Shown: piece after piece, positions 24,640-37,543 of the stretch | How positions within the stretch are numbered: the first letter of the stretch is position 1 | Layout: every line of letters starts with the position of its first letter | DNA from: Selaginella moellendorffii | Taxonomy: Eukaryota; Plantae; Lycopodiophyta | Length of the DNA: 64,000 nucleotides | Reading direction: 5' to 3' | Assembly (NCBI RefSeq): GCF_000143415.4 | Contig: NW_003314330.1 | Location: 434,001-498,000 of the forward strand | Made by a program: the position numbers and the translations under genes | The notes under the pieces: model-generated | Database searches by the model: none | The model's input: the letters and a program-made list of their open reading frames with translations, nothing else | Told to the model about the DNA's origin: nothing

Positions 24640-26988
24640 CTTTTTTGCCTTTCTTTTCTCTCCCCCACGAGGAGAGATTGATCGAATTCGTCTCTCGAGG
24701 GATAGAGAGACCACCGCGCTCTTTCCTTATTTAATTCGTGGGCGTGGACTCGGCCTCCTCGAAAAAAAAATGGTGGCAAAAGATTCTTCCTATATTTCTT
24801 TGGGAAATCAAACTCGAGATGATCATCGATCACAAACTCCAGCAAAAATTCCTAGCTCTAGACACGAAAACCTTTGCTCTCCTTGCCACAGTTGTTCCAA
24901 AGACTACACTCGAGAGCTACAGCCATGATAGCATTCTCGGAAACCAAAGTGGCCCTACTTTACTAGAATGTTAAAAAAGATGGGATTTTTCTCGCTTCAC
25001 CCCCTTGCTTTAAACTTGAAAGAGTTTTTGCTTGTCCATGTCTCTCATTCTTCTTTCCTTTTTCTTCTTCTTCTTCTTCGTTGTTTGTTTATCTTTTCCT
25101 CAAATTATTTGTAGATTGTGAGTTTACACCACTGTCAAAAAAGAATTCACCTCTTTCAGGTTCCTTGTGGATTTTTGTCTTGTAACTGGTAACTCGGGCA
25201 AAAACATGACGTGGGGGTAAGAATTTCCAAAAGGCATGACGTGGGGTAAATTCCAGCACACCAGCAGTTACACAAGTTCACACTGCCAAAAGCAATTCGA
25301 AAGCAGTGATTTTTATCTGGTCCCAAGAAAAGATCAGAGAGAGAGAGCAACTCCTTCGCTTGGATTTCCATGATTTCATCCCGTCAACATTTCTGTAGTT
25401 TGCATTACGCGGTTTGACAACGTAGTCCTCCCCACAGATGAATTTCATCTCATCTTCTCGAAGAACAAAGACAAAACTAGGCATCGTCGCCATCTCCGTA
25501 TTATATGTTTTCCTTGTTGCCAAGTCCGGCATCTTGTGTACTTGTGTGTAGCTTTTCGCGCAATGCATTTCAATTGCAAGAAGCTCTCCAGGAGATCTCT
25601 ACGAATTCTTAATGTCTTTTCTGTCTGGAAACATGATACACCCACCCATACACCACATACATTTGTTTAGCGCCTGCAGAACTTTATTCTAACAAATGCC
25701 GTGTCACGTCTTCCGCTGCTATGTGATCTTACAAATCTGACCATTTGCTCGTTTCGCTGTTCTAGAAAGCCTGGCCTATGTCTAGCATAGCCGGCAACAA
25801 AATTTCAATCCGAAAAGCCTAAAGTACTGAATGACTGTTTTGACCAATTTATATCAAATTGTTCCGTTTGTGCTTGAGAGTCAACTGCTGATCAAGGGAC
25901 GACGAGAAAGAAAGAGAAGCAAAGAAATGAAATAAAAAAGAGAAGAGAAGCTTCTGAAAGTTTGAAGGCCTAGACATTACGCAAGTTTGTTTGTGTGTCA
26001 TGTTCCTCGAAGATTGACATTGAGATCGAATTAGGGAGCCACAGCTCTATGGCAGTTGTGAAGTTCCAGATTGATTGAGATATCCAAGGCATGGCTATCT
26101 GTTCTTCCTCGTCTATCTCCCTCTCTCCTCTTTTCGCTCTTTGTGCATGGAGACATTCAAAGGTGGATGATTGCGATGCATCAGAAGTTTTCTATGAAAC
26201 ATGCCCCACTAGAGACAGCGAAACAAGAACAGAAGGTAATACAAACGTACAAGTACTTCAGACTGTAGAACATTCAGAAGGACGGGAAAAGAAAGAGGGT
26301 TTTCATCGCTAAGTTCAGAAACTTGATAGAGAGGAACGCCTCATTGTGTCGTTCTTTGGGTGGTACAGGTGATCCAACCTTTGTCTCTTTGCAGTGGATG
26401 ACTTGCCCTTCAAAGGGATATTTGCCTATGAGAGCAGCAAAGGTAAGCACACTCCAAAAGACAGTTAGTGTGTTTTTGTGGGTCAATGCTGTGATTTCAG
26501 CAACAAGCATGGCCAAAGGTGTCAAAGGCCATCGGGTCATGTAAGTTGGTGTCACCGGTGAGGACCATACCTTCCAGTCAAGCATAGTCAAACCCCACAT
26601 TTCAAGCTACAAGCTTTGGTTTTGTTTTGTCTATCACAAAAATATTCACACAAAATATGTATAGTTACATGGTAGATTGCACTTTGCCTCCTTTCTTCCA
26701 GTGATTGAACCATTTGGACACGGAAATGGGGCCTCCAGCTCTGAACAAGGAAAAACAAAAACCCAAATGTAATTCAGCAATTATCAAAAGGTCTAGGATC
26801 TGGGGATCTTTCTTTGTTAATATACAGACAGAAAATGGAGAAAAGAAGAGAGAAAACAAAAAAACGAGACAAGATGATCTAGTCTGTGGCTATAAAACAC
26901 AAAAAGCAGTCGAGCAAATTGCAAACGACGCATGGACACCATTCAGCCTGAAAAGTTAGACGCTAAAGAAGAGAGATTTGGTCACACA

Positions 26989-28978
26989 TTACCTCACGAT
27001 TCCATTCTCGTGAGCAGGACTTTTAGCCTTCCTCGAGCCGCCTCCTCCAAACGGGGTCGACACCGTTTTCCCAACAAACTTCCCGGCCTTTGTCAGTCCA
27101 CCTCCCACAGCATCCATCGTGCTCCCAATCATTCCAGCCTCTTTTGCCTTTTGCTTCTCTTCCAGGAACTTCTTCTCCATCTCCATCGCCGCTTTCTGTT
27201 CCTCCGGCGTGTAGACGTGGTATTTCAGCTGCTCGGACAGAGGAAAGCGCTGGCTTAGCTAAACCAGGTACCGAAAAAAGCTAGCTGAGTTTCTAATAGC
27301 TTACCCGGACAGTGATGGTGCCTCGGTCTTTCTTGTCGCGTACGTTCATCTTGTCCAGTGATGGAAGTAGATCAAGGACTTCCTCCTTCGTTTCCTCTGG
27401 CAAAAGTTTGGCTACGCGATAGGAAACTATTCCCAGCAGAGCATCCTTTTGACCAACGTCTTCGTCATAAACCTACACACAACAAGAAATGTGTAGCTCG
27501 AGCCTGAAGAAAGTAACAGGTACCTGTAAGGTGAGGAGCTGGGTCTCATGGTCTTCGATATCGAAGTTGAACTCTTCATTCCACTCGGGATTCAGGTTAT
27601 TATTGACAACCTTGGTTTTGAACTTGAAGAGGGGCCGCACGTACGCAACCACATACGGATCAGACCTTCCAAACATTTCCATGTTTTTCAAGGAATTGGC
27701 CTTTATCACTCCAACTGTAAGCCGGCCTTGAAGTTTCAGCTCGAGGTCGCTGAAGCGAAAGAAAACGTAAGACTGCCGTTAAAAGCAACGTGAAACGTGT
27801 ACCTTATGTCAACAGGAAGTCCTCCAATGGGTATCACTCTCCTGTGAGGCCACTCTAACTGATCCGTAATAGCATCCTCGACCAAATCCTGTAAAAAGCA
27901 ATGCCCCGAAAGTTTGAATGGCAGCTTTCCTCGAAGCACGGAACCTTTATCATGTCTGCGAGGCCAGGAACTCCTGTCAAGCTTCCACCAATCACCTTCA
28001 GAGTGTACTTAACTTCTGGTTTCGGCTGCATGGTAAAAAAAAGTTGAGCGTGACACAGTGATGGCGAAAAAAGAGACTCAAGGATACATTACCTTGGCTA
28101 GCAGTGCCACAACGACGGCTGAAATACAAGGTATATTTTCCGAAAGCTGGAAAATCACTCTAATAGTCGCAAAAAATTTGAGGTTTTTTAACTGGTCGAA
28201 GGAGGAGAAAATTTAGTGCGAGGTGAAACTTCTCTATCTCGTTCCATACCTGTACAGGTAAGCTGGCTCCGACGAGTGTCTGAATCCCCAGAATGATACT
28301 TGCATCGCCATTCCAACGAAAGTCCATGTCCATCGTGATTTGACCCGGTTTTAGCGTCTGGATCCTTATGCCTGCATCCAGTTTTCTAAAAACCAAACGA
28401 TACAAAGTCACGAGTCACCTTCGATTTGCGGTGGCAGGCGTCCGAGGGAGAGCTTGTCAAATTTCAAAGAAGAAATGCCAATCGGCCGGTATTGCTCCAG
28501 AACCGGCTCCACGGACTCCCGGATGATCTCTTGTGCGGCCTGGAAAACAAACATATAGTTTAAGACTCAGATAGAGACGAAGGAAGGACCAACTTACTCC
28601 TGCAACGTAAGGCCAGACTTTCTCGAGTTGCTTGTTCATCCATTTCACCTGCGACGAGAAAAGTTTAGAAGCGAGGCCTAAAGACAAGAAACTATCGCTA
28701 CTAGAAATCCACTTACGCGCTCAAACTCTGGAAAGATCACCCACGGGGGGAAGGCATCGTATAGAAGTTTCTTCACTTCGTCTTGAGACATTTTCCCTAG
28801 TAGCTTGATATTCGCAGCCTGGAAGAAAAGAAGATAGCGCATAAATTTGCTACTCCAGCCAAACGAAACAAACCTTGGCGATACGTTGCTTGCTCCGGCA
28901 GCGCATTGCAAAGCACCATCCTGCTACCAATCCTATCCCGACTATTACCCCGAAAAGCAACCCCGTGAGCAATCCCAT
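26989..28978 (-). CDS. CLB1: Calcium-dependent lipid-binding / synaptotagmin-like protein (TM + SMP + C2), multi-exon
   Basis: MGLLTGLLFGVIVGIGLVAGW; FPPWVIFPEFERVKWMNKQLEKVWPY; LEWPHRRVIP; C2 GRSDPYV..KTKVVNNNLNPEWNEEF. A short extra last exon to ~26890 is possible (GTAATG donor at the apparent stop). Confidence 0.88.
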
Positions 28979-29206
28979 CGATCCGCCTTGCCACCGGCCG
29001 CGAAATCCCGCCTTACTGGGCACGAATCACGCTCCCAGCTTCACAGCGCCCGCATTTCTCCCGGAAGCCCGGAAATATCGATCGGCAGCACTAAAAGCTA
29101 GAAAAACCCCAGCGGATTCTTCGCTCCTACCTGAGCAGCGGATCTAAATTCGATGGCCGCGCCCTCCCGCCAGGCGCCAATGTGAGCGCCATATCCCTGG
29201 AGCTCG

Positions 29207-29243
<37 letters not shown>

Positions 29244-29815
29244 GACGAGGAGGAAAATACTAAGCTAGCCTTCCTCAATCCACACGGCCAGCGAATATAC
29301 CAAAGGGGCTCGCGTCTTGCCGCGTGTGTGGTCCTGTACGGACGGCTCAATTCTCTCTGCTCGCAGAAGTACGGACTGATCCCATGGCCGTTGGAGGGGC
29401 TCTAATTTATGCGAAGTGGACGTGCAATCTTATGCCAAATTTTTCTATCCACTAAACCAATGCCTGTCGTGGTTTGTGATGTGTATGCTTATATATCAAT
29501 GCCTGCCATGTTTCGTTGTTTTCTTCGTGATATTTATTTTTTTCACTGTTTCTGTCGAGAAAAAATCTGGAAAGCCACCGACACGGCGCAGAGAAGAAGA
29601 AACATAAGGAAGGAAAAGAGAGATTGAGAGATTTTAATTGTCACAAGTTTGGATATGGATCGCTGGAGACTACGTTTGATTGAGTCAGTGCAGGAAACAG
29701 TAAAGTTCCAAAAGCACAGAATCATTGGGAGAGATCAGCTGTGGAGTAAATTATTGCGGAAAGTTGGTCGCGCCATTTGGAGCAGTGGTCGCGGAGGTTT
29801 GGAAGTTTTATATTC

Positions 29816-30930
29816 TTAGAAGCCAATCGATTGCCAGCCTTTCTTCTCCAGCGCCTTTCGCAAAGCCTGTGAGGTGTTCTTCAAGTTAGTCCACAAAACT
29901 AGATTTCCACCAAACTAATAGAAGAGTGCGCTTACTCTGATTCTCTTGCGATTAGCATCGAAATCCGACGATCCCACGCGAGAAGCCGACCTGTACTCAA
30001 CCAGCGATCGATTCCCAGGCGGGAACCAAAACTCGACATCGTCTACAAACTGGAAGGAAAAAAAAATAAAATTATAGCGTGAAACCAAACTCCGAGAAAA
30101 AAAAAGAAAAAAAACTTACACCCAGATAGGGAGATTGATACTCAACGTAGACGTAATCGTCAGTGTTCTTGACGATGTTTGGAGTATAGTTTTCCGGCTT
30201 GGTTGAAGATATCTGAAAGAAAAAATAGAATTTTTGAACAAAAAACAATTCTTAGAAGCTTACAACAGCGAGAAGCTCTTTCATGGCCTGCTCTCTGGTG
30301 GCGGGGTTTTTTCTTCCACGTCCATCTTCTGGATTATACGTCCTGTCACCACGTTTCCCATAAGCCAAGAAAAAAGGAAAAAAAAAGAGTTGATTTTATT
30401 ACCACGGAGGTACGTAGTGAGATGGATCGTTTGCTTCTTCAGAGGTTGAAATGCAATTCGGAGTTGGAGGGCACAGCGCAAGGGACGGCGGATTTTTTTG
30501 TACTCCAAGATAGTCAGGTCGTGTTCCACTGGGTTTTTGGAAATTTTTTCTAGCCTCTCATCGAAAGATGAACAAAAGATGAATACCTGAAGTTGAAAAT
30601 AGCAGCCAGAGATGCCAATCCGCTCGACTGAAGCAGCAAAGTTCTATAGAACAAGAACACCAATCAATCAAATCAATTGCAAGACAACAAGATCAAAAGA
30701 GAACAAAAATCCACAGTGACACGATCATTACCGTCTGCTAGAGCTGCTTTCATCGGAGCGTAAGATGATTGGATTCTTTGTGGGAGTGGAACCCCGTGAA
30801 CCGGACAGAGACGCTTGGCTCAAGCTTCGAAAAAAAAAAAGACAAAAAAGAAAAAATAAAGAAAAGAGACTGTGAGATACGCATGAAGACCCGAAAGGAA
30901 GAAAAGGAAAAGAGAAACAACCACAGCCAT
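29816..30930 (-). CDS. DUF1499-family protein, multi-exon
   Basis: Hand translation: PDYLGVQKNPPSLALCPPTPNCISTSE; DDYVYVEYQSP; FVDDVEFWFPP; VEYRSASRVGSSDFDANRKRI; ALRKALEKKGWQSIGF*. Start codon is uncertain. Confidence 0.8.
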
Positions 30931-31136
30931 GGTCTTTGAATCTTTGTTTCTCTTTTCTCTTTGTATAATGCGAAGAAAAATCATGAAGGAGCACTCACCA
31001 AGACAGAGATACGCAAGCCATCCCTCTTCTTCAATCGCCCAACAGATGGATATAGGGCAAACACCACACAACATAAACCTTCTCAAAACCTTAAAGCTTG
31101 GCAAATCTTTCCAGATAAAGTTTTCCAGATCTTTTT

Positions 31137-32978
31137 CTACAGCTTCTTCACAAGTAGAGGAGCACCATATACTGGTTTCATACTGACAGGACTTCCGGGA
31201 GCGTGGACGTAATCCTCAGCGAGCGTGAAGGAAAACTTGGCGAGCAGCAGCGAGAGGAGCAGCCTTGCCTCGATCAATGCGAAGTTCATGCCGAGACACA
31301 TCCGCGGCCCCGCTCCGAAAGCCATGAACTCGGATATGTCCTTGGTTTTCTTGTTGATGAAACGCTCGGGATTAAACTCGGAGACATCGTCCCCCCAATC
31401 TTCTTTGCTTTGGAGCAGCAGAGCCAGTGGACACAAGACTAGAGTTCCCGGAAGTATGGAGAACTCCCCGATTTCGTGGGCTTGATGGCACTGTCTCGTC
31501 ACGGTCGAAGCCGGAGGGAAGAGTCGAAGAACCTCGTGGATGATCCAGCCAACCTTCAGATCAAACAGGAGATTTAGTAAAATGGAGCTGCAAGAACACT
31601 ATAGAGAACTTACAACTTCGAGGCTTGAGAGATCTTCGGCACTTAGATCACGACCTCCACACCGTTTGTGCGCTGCGAAGATCTCGTCCCTGGCACGCTG
31701 CTGCCACTCCTGGTGGACCGAGAGCATGATCAGTGACCAAGTGAGCGTCAATGCGGTGGTGGAGTGACCCGCAAAGAAGATTGTCTTGCACTCGTCCAGG
31801 AGCTGGTCCATTGTCATCGTTGGCGACTTGTTCTCCACGGCCTCGAGCATCATGTCGAGGAGATCATACACAGGCTTGCCGTTCTCGTCAGGATTTCTGG
31901 TCTTTTCGGCCCAGCGGTTGCGAATTATATCTCGCAGCAGCGTGTTCACGTATTGCTCACTGCGCCGGAGGTGGAGATTCTCCCGTGTTGGCAGGAAACT
32001 ATTTCATCACAACCAAGTTTTCAGAGAAAAAATCGACTTTTTTTCGAAAGTTTTGCTCGTGAACGATCACCTGTATCCAGGTATAAGCCGCTTGTAGCTG
32101 TTCATGTAGAGCAGTCCCGTAGAGAGAAGCCTGTCCAAGCACTCGAAAGCAGCGTAACCAGTGTTGGTGCCTCCAATGGTTGCTCCAAACGACGCTCTTG
32201 TGATCACGTCCAAGGTTAGAGCCGCCATCTCTCTGTGAGCATCGATTCTCGTCGTCTCTCTCGAGCTCCATTTCCTGGCCAGATCTTCTCCAGCACCAGA
32301 CATATGCCGCATCAATCCCTGTAGAAGAATCGGAGAAACATTAGAAAAATCGGATTTTGTATTCATGGGTATCACCTTCAAGTATGCAAGCTTGAATGCG
32401 GGATTGAGAATTTTGCGCTGCTGTCTCCAGAAATCTCCGTCGGTGACAACAACACCTCTGCCAACAACGGCTCTGAGGATCTGGCGAGACAAATCGGCCT
32501 TGATGTAGGAAGAGGATCGAGACATAAGAACTTGCTTCACGAGCTCGGTATCAGCCACCAGGATTCGAGTCGTGGAGCCAAGCTCGTGAACTGAGATTCT
32601 CCCTGTAACAATATGGTGATCGATCAGATGAAGGGAACTTCAAGAACCAGAAAAGACTTCTTTTTTCTTGTGTTGAGCAAACAACAAACAGAGAGGAGTG
32701 ATACCATAAGTTTGCTGGAATGTAGCAAGGTCCGGAATAACCCTGAACTTGGTCGCGGCGTGGAAGCTGGTCTCAAACTTTGGCACCGAGTTGAAGAGCT
32801 TGTGAATCTCGGGGATGTTGCCGACGATCAATCGGAATGGAGGCCCTGGAATGCCCTGCTTGGCGTAGAAGCAGCGGAATCTCCAGGCGTGCCACAGGCT
32901 CCTCGCAGCAGGAGCGAGCAGCCAAACAACCAAAAACACACCACAAGAACATAGAATCTTCCACAAGAAATCTTCCAT
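31137..32978 (-). CDS. Cytochrome P450, CYP72-clan-like, copy A
   Basis: QGIPGPPFRLIVGN; WRQQRKILNPAF; ECKTIFFAGHSTT; EWQQRARDEI; EVLRLFPP; FNPERF; FGAGPRMCLG heme motif; short introns. Confidence 0.92.
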
Positions 32979-33395
32979 AGCCAAATAGTTAGATTGTGGG
33001 AACTTAGGTTAGCAACCTTATCTCAAATGTATGCCACTTGTCATGGGCTATGTTTGGTTGTATATAAAGAGATTTCATAACTTCTCAGTTTGTCAACTCA
33101 TTTGTACATTTTAGCAGTGAATTCCAACTACACATTGTTTGTAGTGACCTCTTATGCCATTTATGACTAGATGAAATAGATCACTTTTCACTTGTCATAT
33201 TTTCCACGTTGTGAGACTTTTCGTAGTACATTCAAGATCAATTTGCCACCATTATTTTCTTTCAAAAAAGTTGGGATATGTCTGCAAAGAAGAACAGTGC
33301 TGTGAGAATCACAAAAAATCATTTCATCAATCAATCATGCAGCTACTTAAAACTGAGAAACCTTCAAGCTAAGTTAAATCACCCAAATCCCTCCA

Positions 33396-34572
33396 TCACA
33401 GAAAGATGGTCTCCAATTCAGCCCCGTATTCCTCTTCGTCAAAAGCCTCCTGGAGCCTCCGCAGCTCGTCTGCTCTCTTCTGCTCTTCTTGAACTTTCAT
33501 CCTCGCGAAAGCTTCCTCTTGGTCTTTCCGGGCTTTCGCCTCGTCAGCCACCTCGTCCGGAGCTTTGGTCGGTTGATCCCTGCCGGACGGAGCAACCTTG
33601 GACGTAACCTCCCTCGCCAGCTCCTTGATCTTGGGAGTGACCACGGAGACGGTCTCCTTGATCTTGGGAAGAACGGCGGGAGGAGGAGGAGTTTCCTTCA
33701 ACACCGCGTCCTTGAAAGTCTTTGGAGCTTCCTTGACGGCCTCTATAACTTTGGCTACACCACTTAGAGCTTCCACCGCTGTTGAAGGCTGCTGAGCTTC
33801 CTCTGGAGGTGGCGGTGGCGGTGGCGGTGGCGATGGAGGCGAAACTTTGAACGTTGGAACTGGCTTCAAGCCTGGAGCTTGAGTTTGAGTCGATGGAGGA
33901 GGCTGCGGAGCTGGAGCTGACGCTGTTCTAGCGTAGTCAGGCCTGGAGACGACTGGATCCGGAGCCGATGGTGCCTTCATCAGACGATGGCTCGGTTTGA
34001 TCTCGTCTTTTCTGCCTCCCATGATCTCGACCTTGAGGCTTTCGGAGTGAACGTGTTTGGCTGCCGCTGTCGTCGGTGGAGCACCAGGCATTTCCGCAGG
34101 AGGAGACGGTAGAATTCTACCTGCAGTGCCTGCCGAGGTTGCTCCTTTGGAGATGGCCTCCGAAAGATCTGTGGTTCCTCGAGTTATGATGTCCGAGAGG
34201 TCCGTCGCTGTTGCTCCCTCGGTTGTGTACGCGGCAGCGATTCCCTCTGTTAGTGAGGCCGGAGGCGTCTTGTATTTACGGTACTTTGCGTAGAGGCCGA
34301 GCTGGAGTGCACCTAGAAGCACTCCCAGTCCGTTTGGAATCTAAACGAAAAACGATACGAAATGTTAGCTCCAGATGGAGTTAACGCTCGAAGATACTCA
34401 CGATAATGAACTTGTCTTGCTTGAGAATACCATACAATGCCCAGATTGTAGCTTTGTCAACACAACGAGAGCATGAAAGGCATGTATTCCACGCTCTTGG
34501 TTTCGATCACCATTTTCTGGAGAGGAGAAAGAGAAGTGAAGTGAGTGAGATCCACAAGACCGAGAGAAAATC
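33396..34572 (-). pseudogene. Duplicated 3' half of SWEET, frameshifted and with a premature stop
   Basis: Copy of 37544-38710 lacking the 5' exons; a micro-inversion at ~34453-34461 creates TGA and a 5-nt deletion. Confidence 0.85.
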
Positions 34573-34972
34573 TGGAGATCGTGCGAAGCGACGTCCAGAT
34601 TTCAGTAGCGGTCTTGGTGAGATCAATCAGCGGCAAGAATTCATCGCTCAATCCCAAGCCAATGACGGTGATGGCTTGCTGATTGCGAAAATCCCAATCT
34701 GATTGTAGCGTCTGCTCAGCGGGACGAGGCTCAGTCCTATCAACGATGTTCCACGCTCGTTTCGCAGAGAGGATCAGCCTGATTCTTGTCGCCCATGTGA
34801 AGAAATTCGTGCCACTGAATTTCTCCACCTTCTCTGTGGAAGCCACGAGAAATTGAGCAGCAGCCGGTGGCGGCGGCGGCGGCAGCAGCGGTGGTGGTGG
34901 GGGCGGCGGAGGTGGTGGTGGGGTTGAAGCGGCCATGACAGCAACGTCAAATCAACCAACCAGGATCGTCCC
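34573..34972 (-). mobile_element. Ty1/copia gag N-terminal fragment used as junction filler
   Basis: EKFSGTNFFTWATRIRLILSAKRAWNIVD...W...NQQAITVIGLGLSD...TATEIWTSL is the typical copia gag (DUF4219/Retrotran_gag_2) pattern; no LTR is present. Confidence 0.82.
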
Positions 34973-35260
34973 CGAAAAAAAGAAAAAATAAAGAAAAGAG
35001 ACACACATGAAAGTAGGCCCGAAAGGAAGAAAAGGAAAAGAGAAACAACCACAGCCATGGTCTTTGAATCTTTGCTTCTCTTTTCTCTTTGTATAATGTG
35101 AAGAAAAATCATGAAGAAGCACTCACCAAGACAGAGATACGCAAGCCATCCCTCTCCTTCAATCGCCCAACAGATGGATATAGGGCAACCACAAGTATAA
35201 ACCTTCTCAAAACCTTAAAGCTTGGCAAATCGTTCCAGATAAAGTTTTCCAGATCTTTTT

Positions 35261-37102
35261 CTACAGCTTCTTCACAAGTAGAGGAGCACCATATACTGGT
35301 TTCATACTGACAGGACTTCCGGGAGCGTGGACGTAATCCTCAGCGAGCGTGAAGGAAAACTTGGCGAGCAGCAGCGAGAGGAGCAGCCTTGCCTCGATCA
35401 ATGCAAAGTTCATGCCAAGACACATCCGCGGCCCCGCTCCGAAAGCCACGAACTCGGATATGTCCTTGGTTTTCTTGTTGATGAAACGCTCGGGATTAAA
35501 CTCGGAGACATCGTCCCCCCAATCTTCTTTGCTTTGGAGCAGCAGAGCCAGCGGACACAAGACTAGAGTTCCCGGAAGTATGGAGAACTCCCCGATTTCG
35601 TGGGCTTGATGGCACTGTCTCGTCACGGTCGAAACCGGAGGGAAGAGTCGAAGAACCTCGTGGATGATCCAGCCAACCTTCAGATCAAACAGGAGATTTA
35701 GTAAAATGGAGCTGCAAGAACGCTATAGAGAACTTACAACTTCGAGGCTTGAGAGATCTTCGGCACTTAGATCACGACCTCCACACCGTTTGTGCGCTGC
35801 GAAGATCTCGTCCCTGGCACGCTGCTGCCACTCCTGGTGGACCGAGAGCATGATCAGTGACCAAGTGAGCGTCAATGCGGTGGTGGAGTGACCCGCAAAG
35901 AAGATTGTCTTGCACTCGTCCAAGAGCTGGTCCATTGTCATCGTTGGCGACTTGTTCTCCACGGCCTCGAGCATCATGTCGAGGAGATCATACACAGGCT
36001 TGCCGTTCTCGTCAGGATTTCTGGTCTTTTCGGCCCAGCGGTTGCGAATTATATCCCGCAGCAGCGTGTTCACGTATTGCTCACTGCGCCTGAGGTGGAG
36101 ATTCTCCCGTGTTGGCAGGAAACTATTTCATCACAACCAAGTTTTCAGAGAAAAAATCGACTTTTTTTCGAAAGTTTTGCTCGTGAACGATCACCTGTAT
36201 CCAGGTATAAGCCGCTTGTAGCTGTTCAGGTAGAGCAGTCCCGTAGAGAGAAGCCTGTCCAAGCACTCGAAAGCAGCGTAACCAGTGTTGGTGCCTCCAA
36301 TGGTTGCTCCAAACGACGCTCTTGTGATCACGTCCAAGGTTAGAGCCGCCATCTCTCTGTGAGCATCGATTCTCGTCGTCTCTCTCGAGCTCCATTTCCT
36401 GGCCAGATCTTCTCCAGCACCAGACATATGCCGCATCAATCCCTGTAGAAGAATCGGAGAAACATTAGAAAAATCGGATTTTGTATTCATGGGTATCACC
36501 TTCAAGTATGCAAGCTTGAATGCGGGATTGAGAATCTTGCGCTGCTGTCTCCAGAAATCTCCGTCGGTGACAACAACACCTCTGCCAACAACGGCTCTGA
36601 GGATCTGGCGAGACAAATCGGCCTTGATGTAGGAAGAGGATCGAGACATAAGAACTTGCTTCACGAGCTCGGTATCAGCCACCAGGATTCGAGTCGTGGA
36701 GCCAAGCTCGTGAACTGAGATTCTCCCTGTAACAATATGGTGATCGATCAGATGAAGGGAACTTCAAGAACCAGAAAAGACTTCTTTTTTCTTGTGTTGA
36801 GCAAACAACAAACAGAGAGGAGTGATACCATAAGTTTGCTGGAATGTAGCAAGGTCCGGAATAACCCTGAACTTGGTCGCGGCGTGGAAGCTGGTCTCAA
36901 ACTTTGGCACCGAGTTGAAGAGCTTGTGAATCTCGGGGATGTTGCCGACGATCAATCGGAATGGAGGCCCTGGAATGCCCTGCTTGGCGTAGAAGCAGCG
37001 GAATCTCCAGGCGTGCCACAGGCTCCTCGCAGCAGGAGCGAGCAGCCAAACAACCAAAAACACACCACAAGAACATAGAATCTTCCACAAGAAATCTTCC
37101 AT
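35261..37102 (-). CDS. Cytochrome P450, CYP72-clan-like, copy B
   Basis: Same motifs and intron positions as copy A; three amino-acid differences seen. Confidence 0.92.
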
Positions 37103-37543
37103 AGCCAAATAGCTCAAGGGTCTCTCACTCAGATTGTGGGAACTTAGGTTAGCAACCTTATCTCAAATGTATGCCACTTGTCATGGGCTATGAAGATTGT
37201 TTGGTTGTATATAAAGAGATTTCATAACTTCTCAGTTTGTCAACTCATTTGTACATTTTAGCAGTGAATTCCGACTACACATTGTTTGTAGTGACCTCTT
37301 ATGCCATTTATGACTAGATGAAATAAATCACTTTTCACTTGGTCATATTTTCCACGTTGTGAGACTTTTTGTAGTACATTCAAGATCAATTTGCCACCAT
37401 TATTTTCTTTCAAAAAAGTTGGGATGTGGCTGCAAAGAATAACAGCGCAGTGAGAATCACAAATAATCATTTCATCAATCAATCATGCAGCTACTTAAAA
37501 CTGAGAAACCTTCAAGCTAAGTTAAATCACCCAAATCCCTCCA

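Noticed and set aside
25156-26600. Several short ORFs between RBOH and CLB1
   Set aside because: No recognisable motif or consistent splice model; may be a decayed gene but cannot be supported.
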